A stretch of DNA of 62,963 bases, filler included, from Octopus bimaculoides (Eukaryota), in assembly GCF_001194135.2 (NCBI RefSeq). It is 4 parts of 4 records of this genome, joined end to end, with 100 filler letters (N's around TTAATTAATTAA, not from the genome) between each part and the next. Parts side by side here need not be neighbours in the genome. Positions count along the whole stretch, not along the records: positions 18,765 to 45,197 come from NC_068986.1; 3 more parts are not named here. One strand, written 5' to 3'. The translations under genes were made by a program, and so were the position numbers. The notes below the pieces were generated by a model. It was given only the letters and a program-made list of their open reading frames with translations. It did not search any database and was not told where the DNA came from. Shown one piece after another: positions 24,474-36,982 of the stretch (positions are counted from its first letter, which is position 1; every line of letters begins with the position of its first letter).

Positions 24474-25199
24474 NNNNNNNNNNNNNNNNNNNNNNNNNNN
24501 NNNNNNNNNNNNNNNNNNNNNNNNNNNNNNNNNNNNNNNNNNNNNNNNNNNNNNNNNNNNNNNNNNNNNNNNNNNNNNNNNNNNNNNNNNNNNNNNNNNN
24601 NNNNNNNNNNNNNNNNNNNNNNNNNNNNNNNNNNNNNNNNNNNNNNNNNNNNNNNNNNNNNNNNNNNNNNNNNNNNNNNNNNNNNNNNNNNNNNNNNNNN
24701 NNNNNNNNNNNNNNNNNNNNNNNNNNNNNNNNNNNNNNNNNNNNNNNNNNNNNNNNNNNNNNNNNNNNNNNNNNNNNNNNNNNNNNNNNNNNNNNNNNNN
24801 NNNNNNNNNNNNNNNNNNNNNNNNNNNNNNNNNNNNNNNNNNNNNNNNNNNNNNNNNNNNNNNNNNNNNNNNNNNNNNNNNNNNNNNNNNNNNNNNNNNN
24901 NNNNNNNNNNNNNNNNNNNNNNNNNNNNNNNNNNNNNNNNNNNNNNNNNNNNNNNNNNNNNNNNNNNNNNNNNNNNNNNNNNNNNNNNNNNNNNNNNNNN
25001 NNNNNNNNNNNNNNNNNNNNNNNNNNNNNNNNNNNNNNNNNNNNNNNNNNNNNNNNNNNNNNNNNNNNNNNNNNNNNNNNNNNNNNNNNNNNNNNNNNNN
25101 NNNNNNNNNNNNNNNNNNNNATATTAAAATGAATACTCGTAAAGATATTATTATTATTATCAGCGGCAAATCTAAAAAATGGATAACAACAATAACATT

Positions 25200-25545
25200 A
25201 GTGACAGCAAGCGAAACAGCTAAACAATAAATACGTGTACCCTCATCTGTGTTTCTTGCCTTGAGGTAGGTTCATCTGGAACTCTTCGCAGAAGGAGATC
25301 TAGCTTTGTTTTGAAAACGCCTACATCTTAGGCCTTGTAGGAGGATATTGAAGAGCTGTGGGCCCTTGAAGCCCAAGTCTTTGCAGTATCTGGTCCTGTA
25401 TCCTGATGGCCATGTTGGGATTTTTGGTACTATGCAGTAGTTCCTTGCCCTGCTGCTTGTGTAGCTGACAATGCCAAAGTTTGGTGCATGTTTTTCTAGG
25501 ATTTTCCAAATGTATATTACTGCATATTTTTCCCGCATATCTTTC
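25200..25545 (-). mobile_element. CR1-type LINE 3' fragment
   Basis: ORF 25272-25538 REKYAVIYIWKILE...PNFGI...GFKGPQLFNIL, homologous to the end of ORF 39289-40137. Confidence 0.85.
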
Positions 25546-25730
25546 CCGCCTTCGTTCTAGGAGTAGAGTCCTAACTCTTTCAGTCTTTGCCAGTAGTTCA
25601 TATGTTGCATTGCCACGATACTATACACACATACGCGCACACACACTTACAGCACATATATGTATACATGCATGTATGTGTATACCTATATACATGCATG
25701 CATGTATGTATATATGTATATGTATATGTA

Positions 25731-25763
<33 letters not shown>

Positions 25764-26690
25764 NNNNNNNNNNNNNNNNNNNNNNNNNNNNNNNNNNNNN
25801 NNNNNNNNNNNNNNNNNNNNNNNNNNNNNNNNNNNNNNNNNNNNNNNNNNNNNNNNNNNNNNNNNNNNNNNNNNNNNNNNNNNNNNNNNNNNNNNNNNNN
25901 NNNNNNNNNNNNNNNNNNNNNNNNNNNNNNNNNNNNNNNNNNNNNNNNNNNNNNNNNNNNNNNNNNNNNNNNNNNNNNNNNNNNNNNNNNNNNNNNNNNN
26001 NNNNNNNNNNNNNNNNNNNNNNNNNNNNNNNNNNNNNNNNNNNNNNNNNNNNNNNNNNNNNNNNNNNNNNNNNNNNNNNNNNNNNNNNNNNNNNNNNNNN
26101 NNNNNNNNNNNNNNNNNNNNNNNNNNNNNNNNNNNNNNNNNNNNNNNNNNNNNNNNNNNNNNNNNNNNNNNNNNNNNNNNNNNNNNNNNNNNNNNNNNNN
26201 NNNNNNNNNNNNNNNNNNNNNNNNNNNNNNNNNNNNNNNNNNNNNNNNNNNNNNNNNNNNNNNNNNNNNNNNNNNNNNNNNNNNNNNNNNNNNNNNNNNN
26301 NNNNNNNNNNNNNNNNNNNNNNNNNNNNNNNNNNNNNNNNNNNNNNNNNNNNNNNNNNNNNNNNNNNNNNNNNNNNNNNNNNNNNNNNNNNNNNNNNNNN
26401 NNNNNNNNNNNNNNNNNNNNNNNNNNNNNNNNNNNNNNNNNNNNNNNNNNNNNNNNNNNNNNNNNNNNNNNNNNNNNNNNNNNNNNNNNNNNNNNNNNNN
26501 NNNNNNNNNNNNNNNNNNNNNNNNNNNNNNNNNNNNNNNNNNNNNNNNNNNNNNNNNNNNNNNNNNNNNNNNNNNNNNNNNNNNNNNNNNNNNNNNNNNN
26601 NNNNNNNNNNNNNNNNNNNNNNNNNNNNNNNNNNNNNNNNNNNNNNNNNNNNNNNNNNNNNNNNNNNNNNNNNNNNNNNNNNNNNNNNNN

Positions 26691-26715
<25 letters not shown>

Positions 26716-26722
<7 letters not shown>

Positions 26723-28044
26723 AAAGTCGAATTTTTAGACCATTTTTAAGGTCAAATTTATGGGGTCGACTTCTTTTGAGGAGCTGCAATTCAAGCTAAA
26801 ATCCGAAGTACCGTTTCAGAAACAGAAGCCCAATTGATTTCTAAGCGAATAATACCAAAAGCACAATGAATAACGGTAATATTACCAATTCTATGCTTCA
26901 AAACACACGGCCTAGTAAATAACAAAACCCATAAACAAGACCGCGTAGCTCTTATAAATAGTTACACTTTCTCTTTTGTTTGTATCCATCAAACTTAATA
27001 GACTAACTGAGTGAAATCAATTTATATCTCATAATTATGTTATATCACCACCGGTAACATACTACCCAGTACCAGCATGCCACTACCTACCGTAATACGG
27101 TGCATACAGCTGATACCTACTCGGCGTGTTTCAAAAAAAGTTATAGGATGTCATGTGCAGTTACCAGTAAATGTCCTTGACATGGTGTAGAGTTGTTAAT
27201 CTGGAGCAGGGATTCCCAAAGTGTGTTCTGCAAAACCCCAGGGTTCCCTGAAAGTTATCAAGGGTTCCACGCTTTTGAAAATAATGTCGAAGGATTCCAC
27301 AGCAAAAAATAGTTTTTTGAACCACTAATCTAGCGATTAACTAAATGTTGTCAGGCTTACCGAAGTCATACCTCTGTACGAATTCATACAGTGGTATTTG
27401 TTGTTGTTCACTGATAGTGCTGCCTGTGAAACACATTTCTCACCATGTAAACAGACGAGCGTATGACGCATGTTTTTTTTTTTGTTTTGTTTTTGTCTTT
27501 TTGTATTTGATGAGGAAAATATATAGGTCGAATGGGAAACACTCATCTAGCGATTACTTGAATGTTTTTAGGCTTACCAAAATCATGCCTTTGTACGAAT
27601 TCAGACAGTGGCGTTCACCAGTGTTCGCTAATTGTGCTGTCTGTGAAACAAGTTTCTCACCATGTAAACAACAGGTGTATGACGCATGTGTTTATTGTGC
27701 TTTAAGATGTATAAAGGCTTGCAGTATATCCTGTTCATACATTTTAGTAATGGTGATTTAGCACCCATCAACAAATGTGTACTCCTCACTATTAAGTGGT
27801 GTTTTACTATAAACACCAAGCATTCCACCTATAGAACAGGCTACAGTAAGGTAGCCACACAATTTTGTAACTGTTATTTCTACTAACAGGATAATACTGT
27901 ACCTTGACCCACAAATGTTGTCCCATTTTTCGTGAAATACTAGGGTCGACTTTTATACGGGGTCTATGGAAAATTTCCAATTTTTTGGCCAAAAAGAGGG
28001 TGACGACTTTTACATGAGATCGGCTGTTACTCGAGTACATATGG
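26716..28044. mobile_element. Probable non-autonomous Tc2/pogo-type DNA transposon
   Basis: Right end GATCGGCTGTTACTCGAGTACATATGG|TA; left GTATAAAAGTCGAATTTT next to a gap; subterminal GGGTCGACTT repeats; internal ~218-bp direct repeat (27329-27470 / 27547-27690). Confidence 0.5.
27207..27327. mobile_element. hAT (Charlie-like) MITE, 121 bp
   Basis: Ends CAGGGATTCCCAAA / TTTTTGAACCACTA; 8-bp flanks ATCTGGAG and ATCTAGCG (6/8), resembling the NTCTAGAN target. Confidence 0.65.
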
Positions 28045-28057
28045 TATATATCTGTGT

Positions 28058-28275
28058 GTATCCTTGTGTCTGTGTTTATCCACCACCACCGTTTGACAAC
28101 CGGGTTGGTTTGTTTACCCCCGTAACTTAACAGTTCGGCAAAATAGATCGATAGCATAAGTTCTAGACTTAAAAAATTAAACCTTGGGGTCGATTTGTTC
28201 GACTAAACCCTTCAAGGTGGTGCTCCAGCATGACCGCAGTCAAAAATGGCTGAAACAAGTAAAAGAATAATAGAA
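28058..28275 (+). mobile_element. SINE 3' module (CR1-like tail family)
   Basis: GTTTGACAACC...CCCGTAACTTAACAGTTCGGCAAAA...GGTGGTGCTCCAGCATGACCGCAG...GGCTGAAACAAGTAAAAGAAT. Confidence 0.8.
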
Positions 28276-28280
28276 TCAAA

Positions 28281-28322
<42 letters not shown>

Positions 28323-29214
28323 TTAGATTCAAAATTGAATGTAGCACTTAAGTTTAGGCACCAGAACATAGTATGCTATTATCCAAACAATTCGAAAATA
28401 AGGTGATCAAAAATCAAAAAAAGCAACACGGATTTTAACCTTNNNNNNNNNNNNNNNNNNNNNNNNNNNNNNNNNNNNNNNNNNNNNNNNNNNNNNNNNN
28501 NNNNNNNNNNNNNNNNNNNNNNNNNNNNNNNNNNNNNNNNNNNNNNNNNNNNNNNNNNNNNNNNNNNNNNNNNNNNNNNNNNNNNNNNNNNNNNNNNNNN
28601 NNNNNNNNNNNNNNNNNNNNNNNNNNNNNNNNNNNNNNNNNNNNNNNNNNNNNNNNNNNNNNNNNNNNNNNNNNNNNNNNNNNNNNNNNNNNNNNNNNNN
28701 NNNNNNNNNNNNNNNNNNNNNNNNNNNNNNNNNNNNNNNNNNNNNNNNNNNNNNNNNNNNNNNNNNNNNNNNNNNNNNNNNNNNNNNNNNNNNNNNNNNN
28801 NNNNNNNNNNNNNNNNNNNNNNNNNNNNNNNNNNNNNNNNNNNNNNNNNNNNNNNNNNNNNNNNNNNNNNNNNNNNNNNNNNNNNNNNNNNNNNNNNNNN
28901 NNNNNNNNNNNNNNNNNNNNNNNNNNNNNNNNNNNNNNNNNNNNNNNNNNNNNNNNNNNNNNNNNNNNNNNNNNNNNNNNNNNNNNNNNNNNNNNNNNNN
29001 NNNNNNNNNNNNNNNNNNNNNNNNNNNNNNNNNNNNNNNNNNNNNNNNNNNNNNNNNNNNNNNNNNNNNNNNNNNNNNNNNNNNNNNNNNNNNNNNNNNN
29101 NNNNNNNNNNNNNNNNNNNNNNNNNNNNNNNNNNNNNNNNNNNNNNNNNNNNNNNNNNNNNNNNNNNNNNNNNNNNNNNNNNNNNNNNNNNNNNNNNNNN
29201 NNNNNNNNNNNNNN

Positions 29215-29297
29215 TGGAGGAGATGTCCTCCTGGGGCTAAAAGCAACAGTAACATCCACCCCTAGGGGTCAGCCACACTTAAGTGGCAATATACTAC

Positions 29298-29303
<6 letters not shown>
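29215..29303 (-). repeat. Copy of the hairpin-rich repeat at 61396-61481
   Basis: Near-identical reverse complement (GCCACTTAAGTGTGGCTGACCCCTAGGGGTGGATGTTACTG...GGACATCTCCTCC); begins at (TA)n and runs into an N gap. Confidence 0.85.
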
Positions 29304-29336
<33 letters not shown>

Positions 29337-29959
29337 CAAAAAAACAATAACAAAAAAACAAAAAAACAACAAAGTGAGGACGTGATATGGATAGTATTAT
29401 TGGACGCTCAGGAAAGGAAAGAGAGAGTATATATATAGTGGTCAGACCACATGGGATCTACTTCTAGCATAATGGATGTCCACTTAGTGGTCACCCCTTT
29501 TTTGTCGTTTTTTGTTGTTGTTTTTTGTCTTTTTCCTTTTTTTGAACTTATATATATATATATATATATATATNNNNNNNNNNNNNNNNNNNNNNNNNNN
29601 NNNNNNNNNNNNNNNNNNNNNNNNNNNNNNNNNNNNNNNNNNNNNNNNNNNNNNNNNNNNNNNNNNNNNNNNNNNNNNNNNNNNNNNNNNNNNNNNNNNN
29701 NNNNNNNNNNNNNNNNNNNNNNNNNNNNNNNNTATATATACATAACAGTTTGACTCAGCTCCCAGACGACTTTCATAGGCTCGTAGGACTATCCTATTTT
29801 GTGTATCTTGAGATGTTATTTCTTTATATACCTGACAATATAGGTTTGTTCTATGAGCCTAGGAATCTTTAAGTGGAATGGAGCGGTGTCAAATTCTTAC
29901 TAAATAATACACACTCGCACACGCACACATATATATACATATACATACATATATATGTA

Positions 29960-29998
<39 letters not shown>

Positions 29999-30449
29999 GC
30001 TTACACACATACATATACTCATGCATACACACACACACACACACACACACACATACCTACACACAATGGCCGCATATGTGTACATGCGAATATATACACA
30101 GCTTCTATATAACCATACTTTGTAAAGTAGTTAAGTATACTCGTCTCATTTAAATATTATTTAAAGTAATTTGTCTAACTATGTCATAGGGCTCATGATT
30201 ATGTATTCTCATTATATTTGTTTGCAACCTTTCCATTCAATAACAAGAAAGAACTACATAAAGAAAAAAGAATGAGAGAAAATAAGAAAGAGTACCGATG
30301 AACCAGAACCTAACGAAGGAGAGGAGCAATTAAAGATCATCTGAAGATGAAAATAAATAAGTAAACAAATAAAAAAACAAGCAATAAGCTTTTGCTATAG
30401 AAAGAAAAGGATAAAAGATTGAATTATACTGCTAATGAAAAGACAATTC

Positions 30450-31480
30450 CTATTTAAGTAAAATACAAAATCCCCATAGCAATTAAATCTTAAGGAAATT
30501 AAGGGACCATCGAAAGAAAATTTAAATCATACATGTATTAACAAACTATTCTAATTCAGTTTGGAATAGTTTAGTTAAAATTATTTCCACAAGTGCCTCT
30601 ACTCTCTACTAATAACGTATTTAGAAATAAACACTGAATATCATAATGAGGCCATTAAATGAAGTGGAACAAAGATATTCTTTTCCATTATGGAAACACT
30701 AAACTTAAACTAACACGTATTGACAATGCGAACTATTGTAGGAATACTAAGGATAAGAATAAAAGCAGGATAGCTAACTCAAACACTTTTGATTGAACAA
30801 CTTGCAATACTTCAACTAATCTAGAACAGTGGACAGTGCATGTATCATTGAAAATAATAACACCTATAATCAAGGCAGAATACAAGGAAATAATAAGCAT
30901 GCTAACGATTCGATTACTGGAAATGTTTATTTCCATGGGGTTGATATCACCGCAGGTAAATATAACCCGAGCGCTAGTAGTAGGAAAAATTGTTGGAAGT
31001 CCTGGTATAATCCTCTCTTCCCCATAATATGTAAACTACTCAGAAGTTATTTTTCGAGTTACTTCAAAAAAATTTTCCTCCTAAAGAATATTTAATAAGA
31101 GACCTATTAAGCTCTCATACTCAGCAATCTCTAACCTTGCAGCTATTATAGCTGCCTTGAATAGGGTTAAAATTTGAAGTTTATATCTAGAAATGCCGTT
31201 TGATGAAAATAGGAGTAAAATAGATTATCATAATGCACATGCCAGAACGAATAACTGCAAAGAATGAACATATGATCATGGATTCTAAGGAAATTTAAAT
31301 AAGCCTCCAGGTACGGAGAATAACTGTAATAGTACATCTAAAAAAGATTGTTCCTTAGTTTGTTACTGTATCCTCAAGAATGTACTGTATAAGTGCATAG
31401 TACATTGGAACTACAACAAACCCGGTCAAGAAAAGAATATCTGTTCATGAGCATTCTTTTATTAATGGAAAATTAAATTT
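30450..31480 (+). mobile_element. Decayed Penelope-like element (RT thumb, linker, GIY-YIG start)
   Basis: YNEAIK*SG; SWYNPLFP...FNKRPIKLSYSAISNL (cf. WFNPPFS...IKISYS); NNCNSTSKKDCSL...NVLYKC...YIGTT. Confidence 0.7.
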
Positions 31481-31542
31481 TTCTAGCTCATTTGCAGAGT
31501 ATATTTTTACTTTGAAATCTAAAAATGTGATAAAGTCATACA

Positions 31543-32090
31543 AAGCAGCGTTGAGTAAGATATATTCGTGTAAAGTCATATTTAATACGTTCGTGTACAC
31601 TCAGGCGTGGGAAAACCTTTCTCTGCGGAATTAGTCTCGAAAGAACAACTTCTTCTAAATACTATGTGTGAAAACACATTAAGTTTAAATGACGTTATTG
31701 GATCATAAAACGCTTGCGTTTTTTCTATGCGTTCTTTCGCATCGTCAGCTACGAATATCAAATCTATCCTTCACAACCTCCCAAAAATTCGTTCTTATAT
31801 TAGAACCGCAAGCGGTATGTTTGCTGGTTTGTATAAAGTTCGGTCAAGCTAGAAGTAAAGGTACCCGAAGCAGCGTTGAATAAAATGTATTCATGTAAAA
31901 TCATATTCAACACGTTCGGGTACACTCGAACGTGTGAAAAAAATCTTTCATTGCGGAAATAGTTTCAGATAAAAAATTTCTTTTCTTAAACGACATGTAT
32001 GAAAACACATTAAGCAGTGATTAACATCATTGAGTCGAATGACGCGTGTATTTCTGCAGTCTTTTGCATTGTCTGCTCCGAATATCAAAT
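31543..32090. repeat. Diverged ~325-bp-period direct repeat (2 copies)
   Basis: 31543-31763 vs 31868-32090 share AAGCAGCGTTGA, GTACACTC, TGAAAACACATTAAG, CGAATATCAAAT. Confidence 0.8.
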
Positions 32091-32189
32091 GTGTCTTTAA
32101 CAGTACCGTAACCGTCCTTCACAGTGCCATAACATAAGAACGAATTGTTCTCTTATGTATTAGATTATTCCTCTAAAGTGTAAATACTC

Positions 32190-32470
32190 TGTCAAAACAT
32201 CTAAGAGTGTTCATAGGTTCTACCGCTTCAAAATTCAAGATCAGAGTACACATTTTCTGTCGTTCTTTTAAACACAAAAGAAAAGAAAACGGCTCTTCAT
32301 TGGCCAAGTTCACCTGGGACCTCAAAGGGAGGATTATAGGAAACTTTATTTCGTGGTCTATTGCAGGTAGTATCTTTCTTTACAGATGGGACAGTAGTCG
32401 TTGTAATCTGTGTTCGGTGGACAGGCTAAACTCTCAATTTTAAATCCAACAAAATTAATAAACGTAATCG
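32190..32470 (+). mobile_element. Penelope-like GIY-YIG fragment
   Basis: ORF 32207-32443 FIGSTASKFKIR...SFKHKRKENGSSLAKFTWDLK...SWSI...CNLC, same architecture as 19281-19845. Confidence 0.75.
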
Positions 32471-32770
32471 ATAATTAATCCTCCGTTCACATATTTAATA
32501 AAAAACATTCTTATATTTTCGAAACGAAAATCTTACGTCTACTTATTTTAAGTCTAACTACGATTAATGCCTGCGTTCTCTTCTTACGGATTATCCTACC
32601 GCCTACTTAAACTATTATGTAATATACAAAATACTCATTTCCTAACTTATTTTTTAATCTTTTATTTATTCCTTAATTATTGCACCTAATTTAACTCAAT
32701 TTTATTTTATTCTGTTTTATTTTATTCACTTTAATTATAGCGATTGAGTTATAATTTTTACATGCATATA

Positions 32771-32994
32771 CAGTAATCACTCGCCATATCACGGTTCACC
32801 TATCGCGGTTTATTATTTAAGCTTATGTCGATTCCTCCGTGGTGATGTTTTGTATTTATAATAAAATAAATATATACAAATTATAAAAAATAATTTTTAA
32901 AAATATACAGTACAGTACTGTTTCTACTTCGTGAATTTTCACCTATCGCGGGGCGTTTTGGAACGTAACACCCAGGATAGTCGAGGTATTACTG
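32771..32994. mobile_element. Tigger-type MITE (224 bp)
   Basis: TA|CAGTAATCACTCGCCATATC ... GATAGTCGAGGTATTACTG|TA imperfect TIRs with TA TSD. Confidence 0.8.
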
Positions 32995-33009
32995 TATTAT
33001 TCTCCCAGT

Positions 33010-33310
33010 AGAACTTACATGCTATTCTTTTAGTGACATTCAAATCACTTTTCTGTCTTACAGAAATACACCACCCTTCCATAGATTAAAGCAATAAATA
33101 TGAGGTAGTGATTCTTTTTCTCAATTATCATTGGTCTAGTATACTTTTACACTTGCTAACATCTTGACCTCTCAAGACTGCAGGTTTATAATAAAGAAAG
33201 TAATTTGGTATGTCAATTATCTACACTCCTCATCTAATAAATTATCTGGATAAGCAATTCTTGATGTTTATAATTCTAACAGAGTGCAACCTACTTCCAC
33301 AATATCTATG
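33010..33310 (-). mobile_element. Decayed Dong/R4 RLE-region fragment
   Basis: HIVEVGCTLL, YYKPAVLRGQDV and EKKNHYLIFIA remnants in shifting frames. Confidence 0.4.
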
Positions 33311-33509
33311 TTTGTTGGAACTCTAAAAATCTAACTGTTTCATTAAATAATTGATTAGTTATTTGAATAGTTTGAATAAAGTTATGTAACAACATAATAT
33401 TCATTTTTCTGGTTATAGACAGACAGACACAGACAGACAGACACAGACAGACAGACAAACAAACAGACAGACAGACAGGCAGACAGACAGGCAGGCAAGC
33501 AGACAAACT

Positions 33510-33594
<85 letters not shown>

Positions 33595-33867
33595 GTAGAT
33601 AGATAGATAGATTAATGTAGAATGAGTAAGCATATATATANNNNNNNNNNNNNNNNNNNNNNNNNNNNNNNNNNNNNNNNNNNNNNNNNNNNNNNNNNNN
33701 NNNNNNNNNNNNNNNNNNNNNNNNNNNNNNNNNNNNNNNNNNNNNNNNNNNNNNNNNNNNNNNNNNNNNNNNNNNNNNNNNNNNNNNNNNNNNNNNNNNN
33801 NNNNNNNNNNNNNNNNNNNNNNNNNNNNNNNNNNNNNNNNNNNNNNNNNNNNNNNNNNNNNNNNNNA

Positions 33868-33974
33868 GTGCGGGCTCGTCGCGAAAATTTCCACATATGC
33901 AGAGGAATTTTGTCCACGCGGCATTAGTTTTGGCGAGAAGAAAATGAAGTCGGATACTTTTCGAACACACCTTG
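33868..33974. mobile_element. Mariner-type element end (rest in gap)
   Basis: GTCGGATACTTTTCGAACACACCTTG|TA resembles a mariner TIR. Confidence 0.55.
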
Positions 33975-34756
33975 TATGTATGTATGTATGTTTTTATGTA
34001 TGTATGTATGTATGTATGTATGTTTTTATGTATGTATGTATGTATGTATGTATGTATGTATGTATGTATGTATATTTCTCACAGATCTTTGGAAATGATT
34101 TCAAGAGAAAACAATACGTTTCATTTAACAGGGAAGTTAAGAAAACATTGTAATTCATAAGCATAACTTGCTACACATCTCCATACAATCAACAAAATAT
34201 TTATTAAAACAACAACAACTGTGTGACCACCTAAATAAAAAAGCAAAAACACTCCGTCCTTCCTCCGCAATTCAGCTGAAGACAATTGATAAGAAACAAC
34301 AGTAGAGGCTGTTTAACGCGAGAGTTTTAATTACTACAAGCTATTAATATACACAGAGCCACAGATATGAATATTAGAAATGAGCGACTAGATCATATCT
34401 CGTGTGAAAGTGAACCACAAAACCTCTCTTAAATTTACAACTCATTTAGCTCAAGTTTAATGTAATTATCGGCGAAAATTGGGGACTGAACCTCATGTTA
34501 ACGCTAATTAATATACGAAGACCAAAGCTCCCAAAACCAAAAAGAAAGAAAGAAAGAAAGAAAGGAAGAAAACAGAAAAAAGAAAGAAAGAAAGAAAGAA
34601 AACAGAAAAAAAAAAAGAAAAATGAGAAAATAAAAAATACTTCTTTAATGAGCTACTGATACACAGATATAGATGGCGAGNNNNNNNNNNTATAAACATA
34701 CATACATACATACATACACACATACATACACACATACATACACACATACATACATG

Positions 34757-35053
34757 TGCGATAGTACGTGTCTTAGTGGTTAAGGTACTCGGCTACGTGA
34801 TCCTATGGACGCGAGTTCAATTCCCGGCGGTGCGTTATGTCCTTGAGCAAGATACTTTATTTCACGTTTCACCAGTCCACTCGGTTGACAAAAATGAGTC
34901 CTACCCGTAATTCGAAGGGCCAGGCATGTCACATTCTGTGTCCCGCTGAATCTCCCAGAGAACTATGTTAAGGGTACGCATGTCTGTGGAGTGGTCAACC
35001 GTTTGCACCTTAATTTCATGAGCAGACTGTTCTGCTGATCGAATAAACTGGAA
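34757..35053 (+). mobile_element. CORE-type tRNA SINE with shared 3' module
   Basis: CTTAGTGGTTAAGG (A box), GAGTTCAATTCC (B box), GTCCTTGAGCAAGATACTTTATTTCAC (CORE-like), GAGAACTATGTTAAGGGTAC module. Confidence 0.85.
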
Positions 35054-35067
35054 ATATATACATACAT

Positions 35068-35119
<52 letters not shown>

Positions 35120-35159
35120 TTAGATATTTCTTTTTTACTTGTTTCAGTCATTACACTGC

Positions 35160-35194
<35 letters not shown>

Positions 35195-36179
35195 CATACA
35201 CACATACTTATGGGAATAAATCAAAATCAAAATCGAAAAATTTACACCGTCACCGCCAACAACACGAAAAGATCATCAAAAACAATAAGTCAAACATGAC
35301 ATTATGAAACGGCTTCAGTGAGCCTAAAGATTAAGCAAAGAAAGAAAGAAACAAACAAACAAACAAACAAACAAACAAACAAACAAAGGAAGGAAGGAGA
35401 AGTCCGTACTGATATTTTAGTTATCTCAGATGAAGAACGGAAGTTTATGAAGAACTAATAAGAGGTGTCATTGTCTAGCACCAATAGAACTAGCCATATG
35501 ACAACGTTCTATGGAACTCTTTTTCCTCCTCCCTCTCTCCCTCACTTTTCCCCTCTCTTTCTCTCTTCCTCTCTCTGTCTCTCATCTTTCCTCTACACCC
35601 TCTCTAATTACTTCGTCTGATTTGATTTTTTTGTTTTGTTTTATTCTTACAATTAAACGCTTCTTTTTCTATGAAACGAATTCATGAGTGTGCATTCAAG
35701 TGTATGTATGCATGCATGTGCACGCGCGCGCGCGCACGCACACACACATGTATACATGAATACTTATATGGCATGTATGTATGTTTTACTATGAGTTTTG
35801 AGTTCTTAAGAGAGTTCAAGCCGGTCGCTAACAAAGTGACAAGACTTTTTGAGTTCCCAGTATTTGTAAATATATCATTGAGGTGGTGTGTTTGTTGAAC
35901 TGTCAATACATCTTGCCCCCAAATATATGCATCTATTCATCTAAAGAATCTCAAATGGAGAATTTTTAGAATGTCTCACAAGTTTCCACTGTGCCAGATG
36001 AGATTTGGAGAATGCGCGTCATTTCCTTCGAAAAACCTTGCATTTCTTGGTACATAAGAATCTTTTATCATTTACTGGTCTAGCCAAAGGGCGTGGCCAT
36101 GTTGGGACACCGCCTTTAACATAGACATATATACACATATATATATGATATAATATTATGCATGTATGTATGTGTATAC

Positions 36180-36252
<73 letters not shown>

Positions 36253-36259
36253 CATATGT

Positions 36260-36305
<46 letters not shown>

Positions 36306-36471
36306 ATGTATGTATGCCTGCGTGAATGTATACATGAATGCATATATGTACAACTCCATCCTATAGATCTAACCTCCAACATGCAATGGTCATCATGGTT
36401 GAGCCCATGAAATCCCTCGAATCACTTCCAAAAAGAAAAGAACTAAAAGAAAATTAACGCCCGTTTCTGTT

Positions 36472-36680
36472 AAAGGCGAGTAGCTTTGTGGTCAGGGCTT
36501 TGCACTCACGATCGCTAGCTCGTGTGCTCGATTCCTGGAACTGATGTCGTCGTGTTGCGTTCTTGAGTAAAACATTACATTTCACTGCTGTGTGGGGTCC
36601 TGTATGCCAAAGAATAGTTCGACGTTTCTTCTGCATGTCGTAAAAGGCGACTAAAAGAGGTTGAGTTAGGGTTTGCTCTC
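36472..36680 (+). mobile_element. tRNA/CORE SINE carrying an RTE-5'UTR-like motif
   Basis: Head GTGGTCAGGGC...CTCGATTCC; CORE-like GTTCTTGAGTAAAACATT; GTCGTAAAAGGCGACTAA at 36637-36654. Confidence 0.6.
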
Positions 36681-36822
36681 CGACCTCTAAAAACCCTCAA
36701 CAACATCGACTACCCAAGTAGATTCATTGGTTGGAAAGTTGTGACCTGAGTCGTGCAAAGGCGTCATCCACCATGTGTAGAGAATCATCAACAAATTCTC
36801 AACAGTTACAGTGCATTCCTCC

Positions 36823-36840
36823 ATATTACTACTACTGCTG

Positions 36841-36890
<50 letters not shown>

Positions 36891-36947
36891 GCCACCACCA
36901 CCACCACCACCACTACTACTACTACTACTACTGCCACCACCACCACC

Positions 36948-36980
<33 letters not shown>
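36823..36980. repeat. Compound (ACT)n/(ACC)n microsatellite with a duplicated block
   Basis: Direct reading. Confidence 0.95.

Positions 36981-36982
<2 letters not shown>

Noticed and set aside
24288-26799. Long ORFs of 250-420 aa (also at 28.4, 38.4, 46.1, 53.1, 59.3-60.8 and 61.4 kb)
   Set aside because: They are read-throughs of N gaps and microsatellites.
35420-35465. CAGATGAAGAAC...GAAGAACTAATAAG and 45125-45150 CTGAGGAGGAGTCC
   Set aside because: Core incomplete or no GAAA partner; not supportable as ribozymes.
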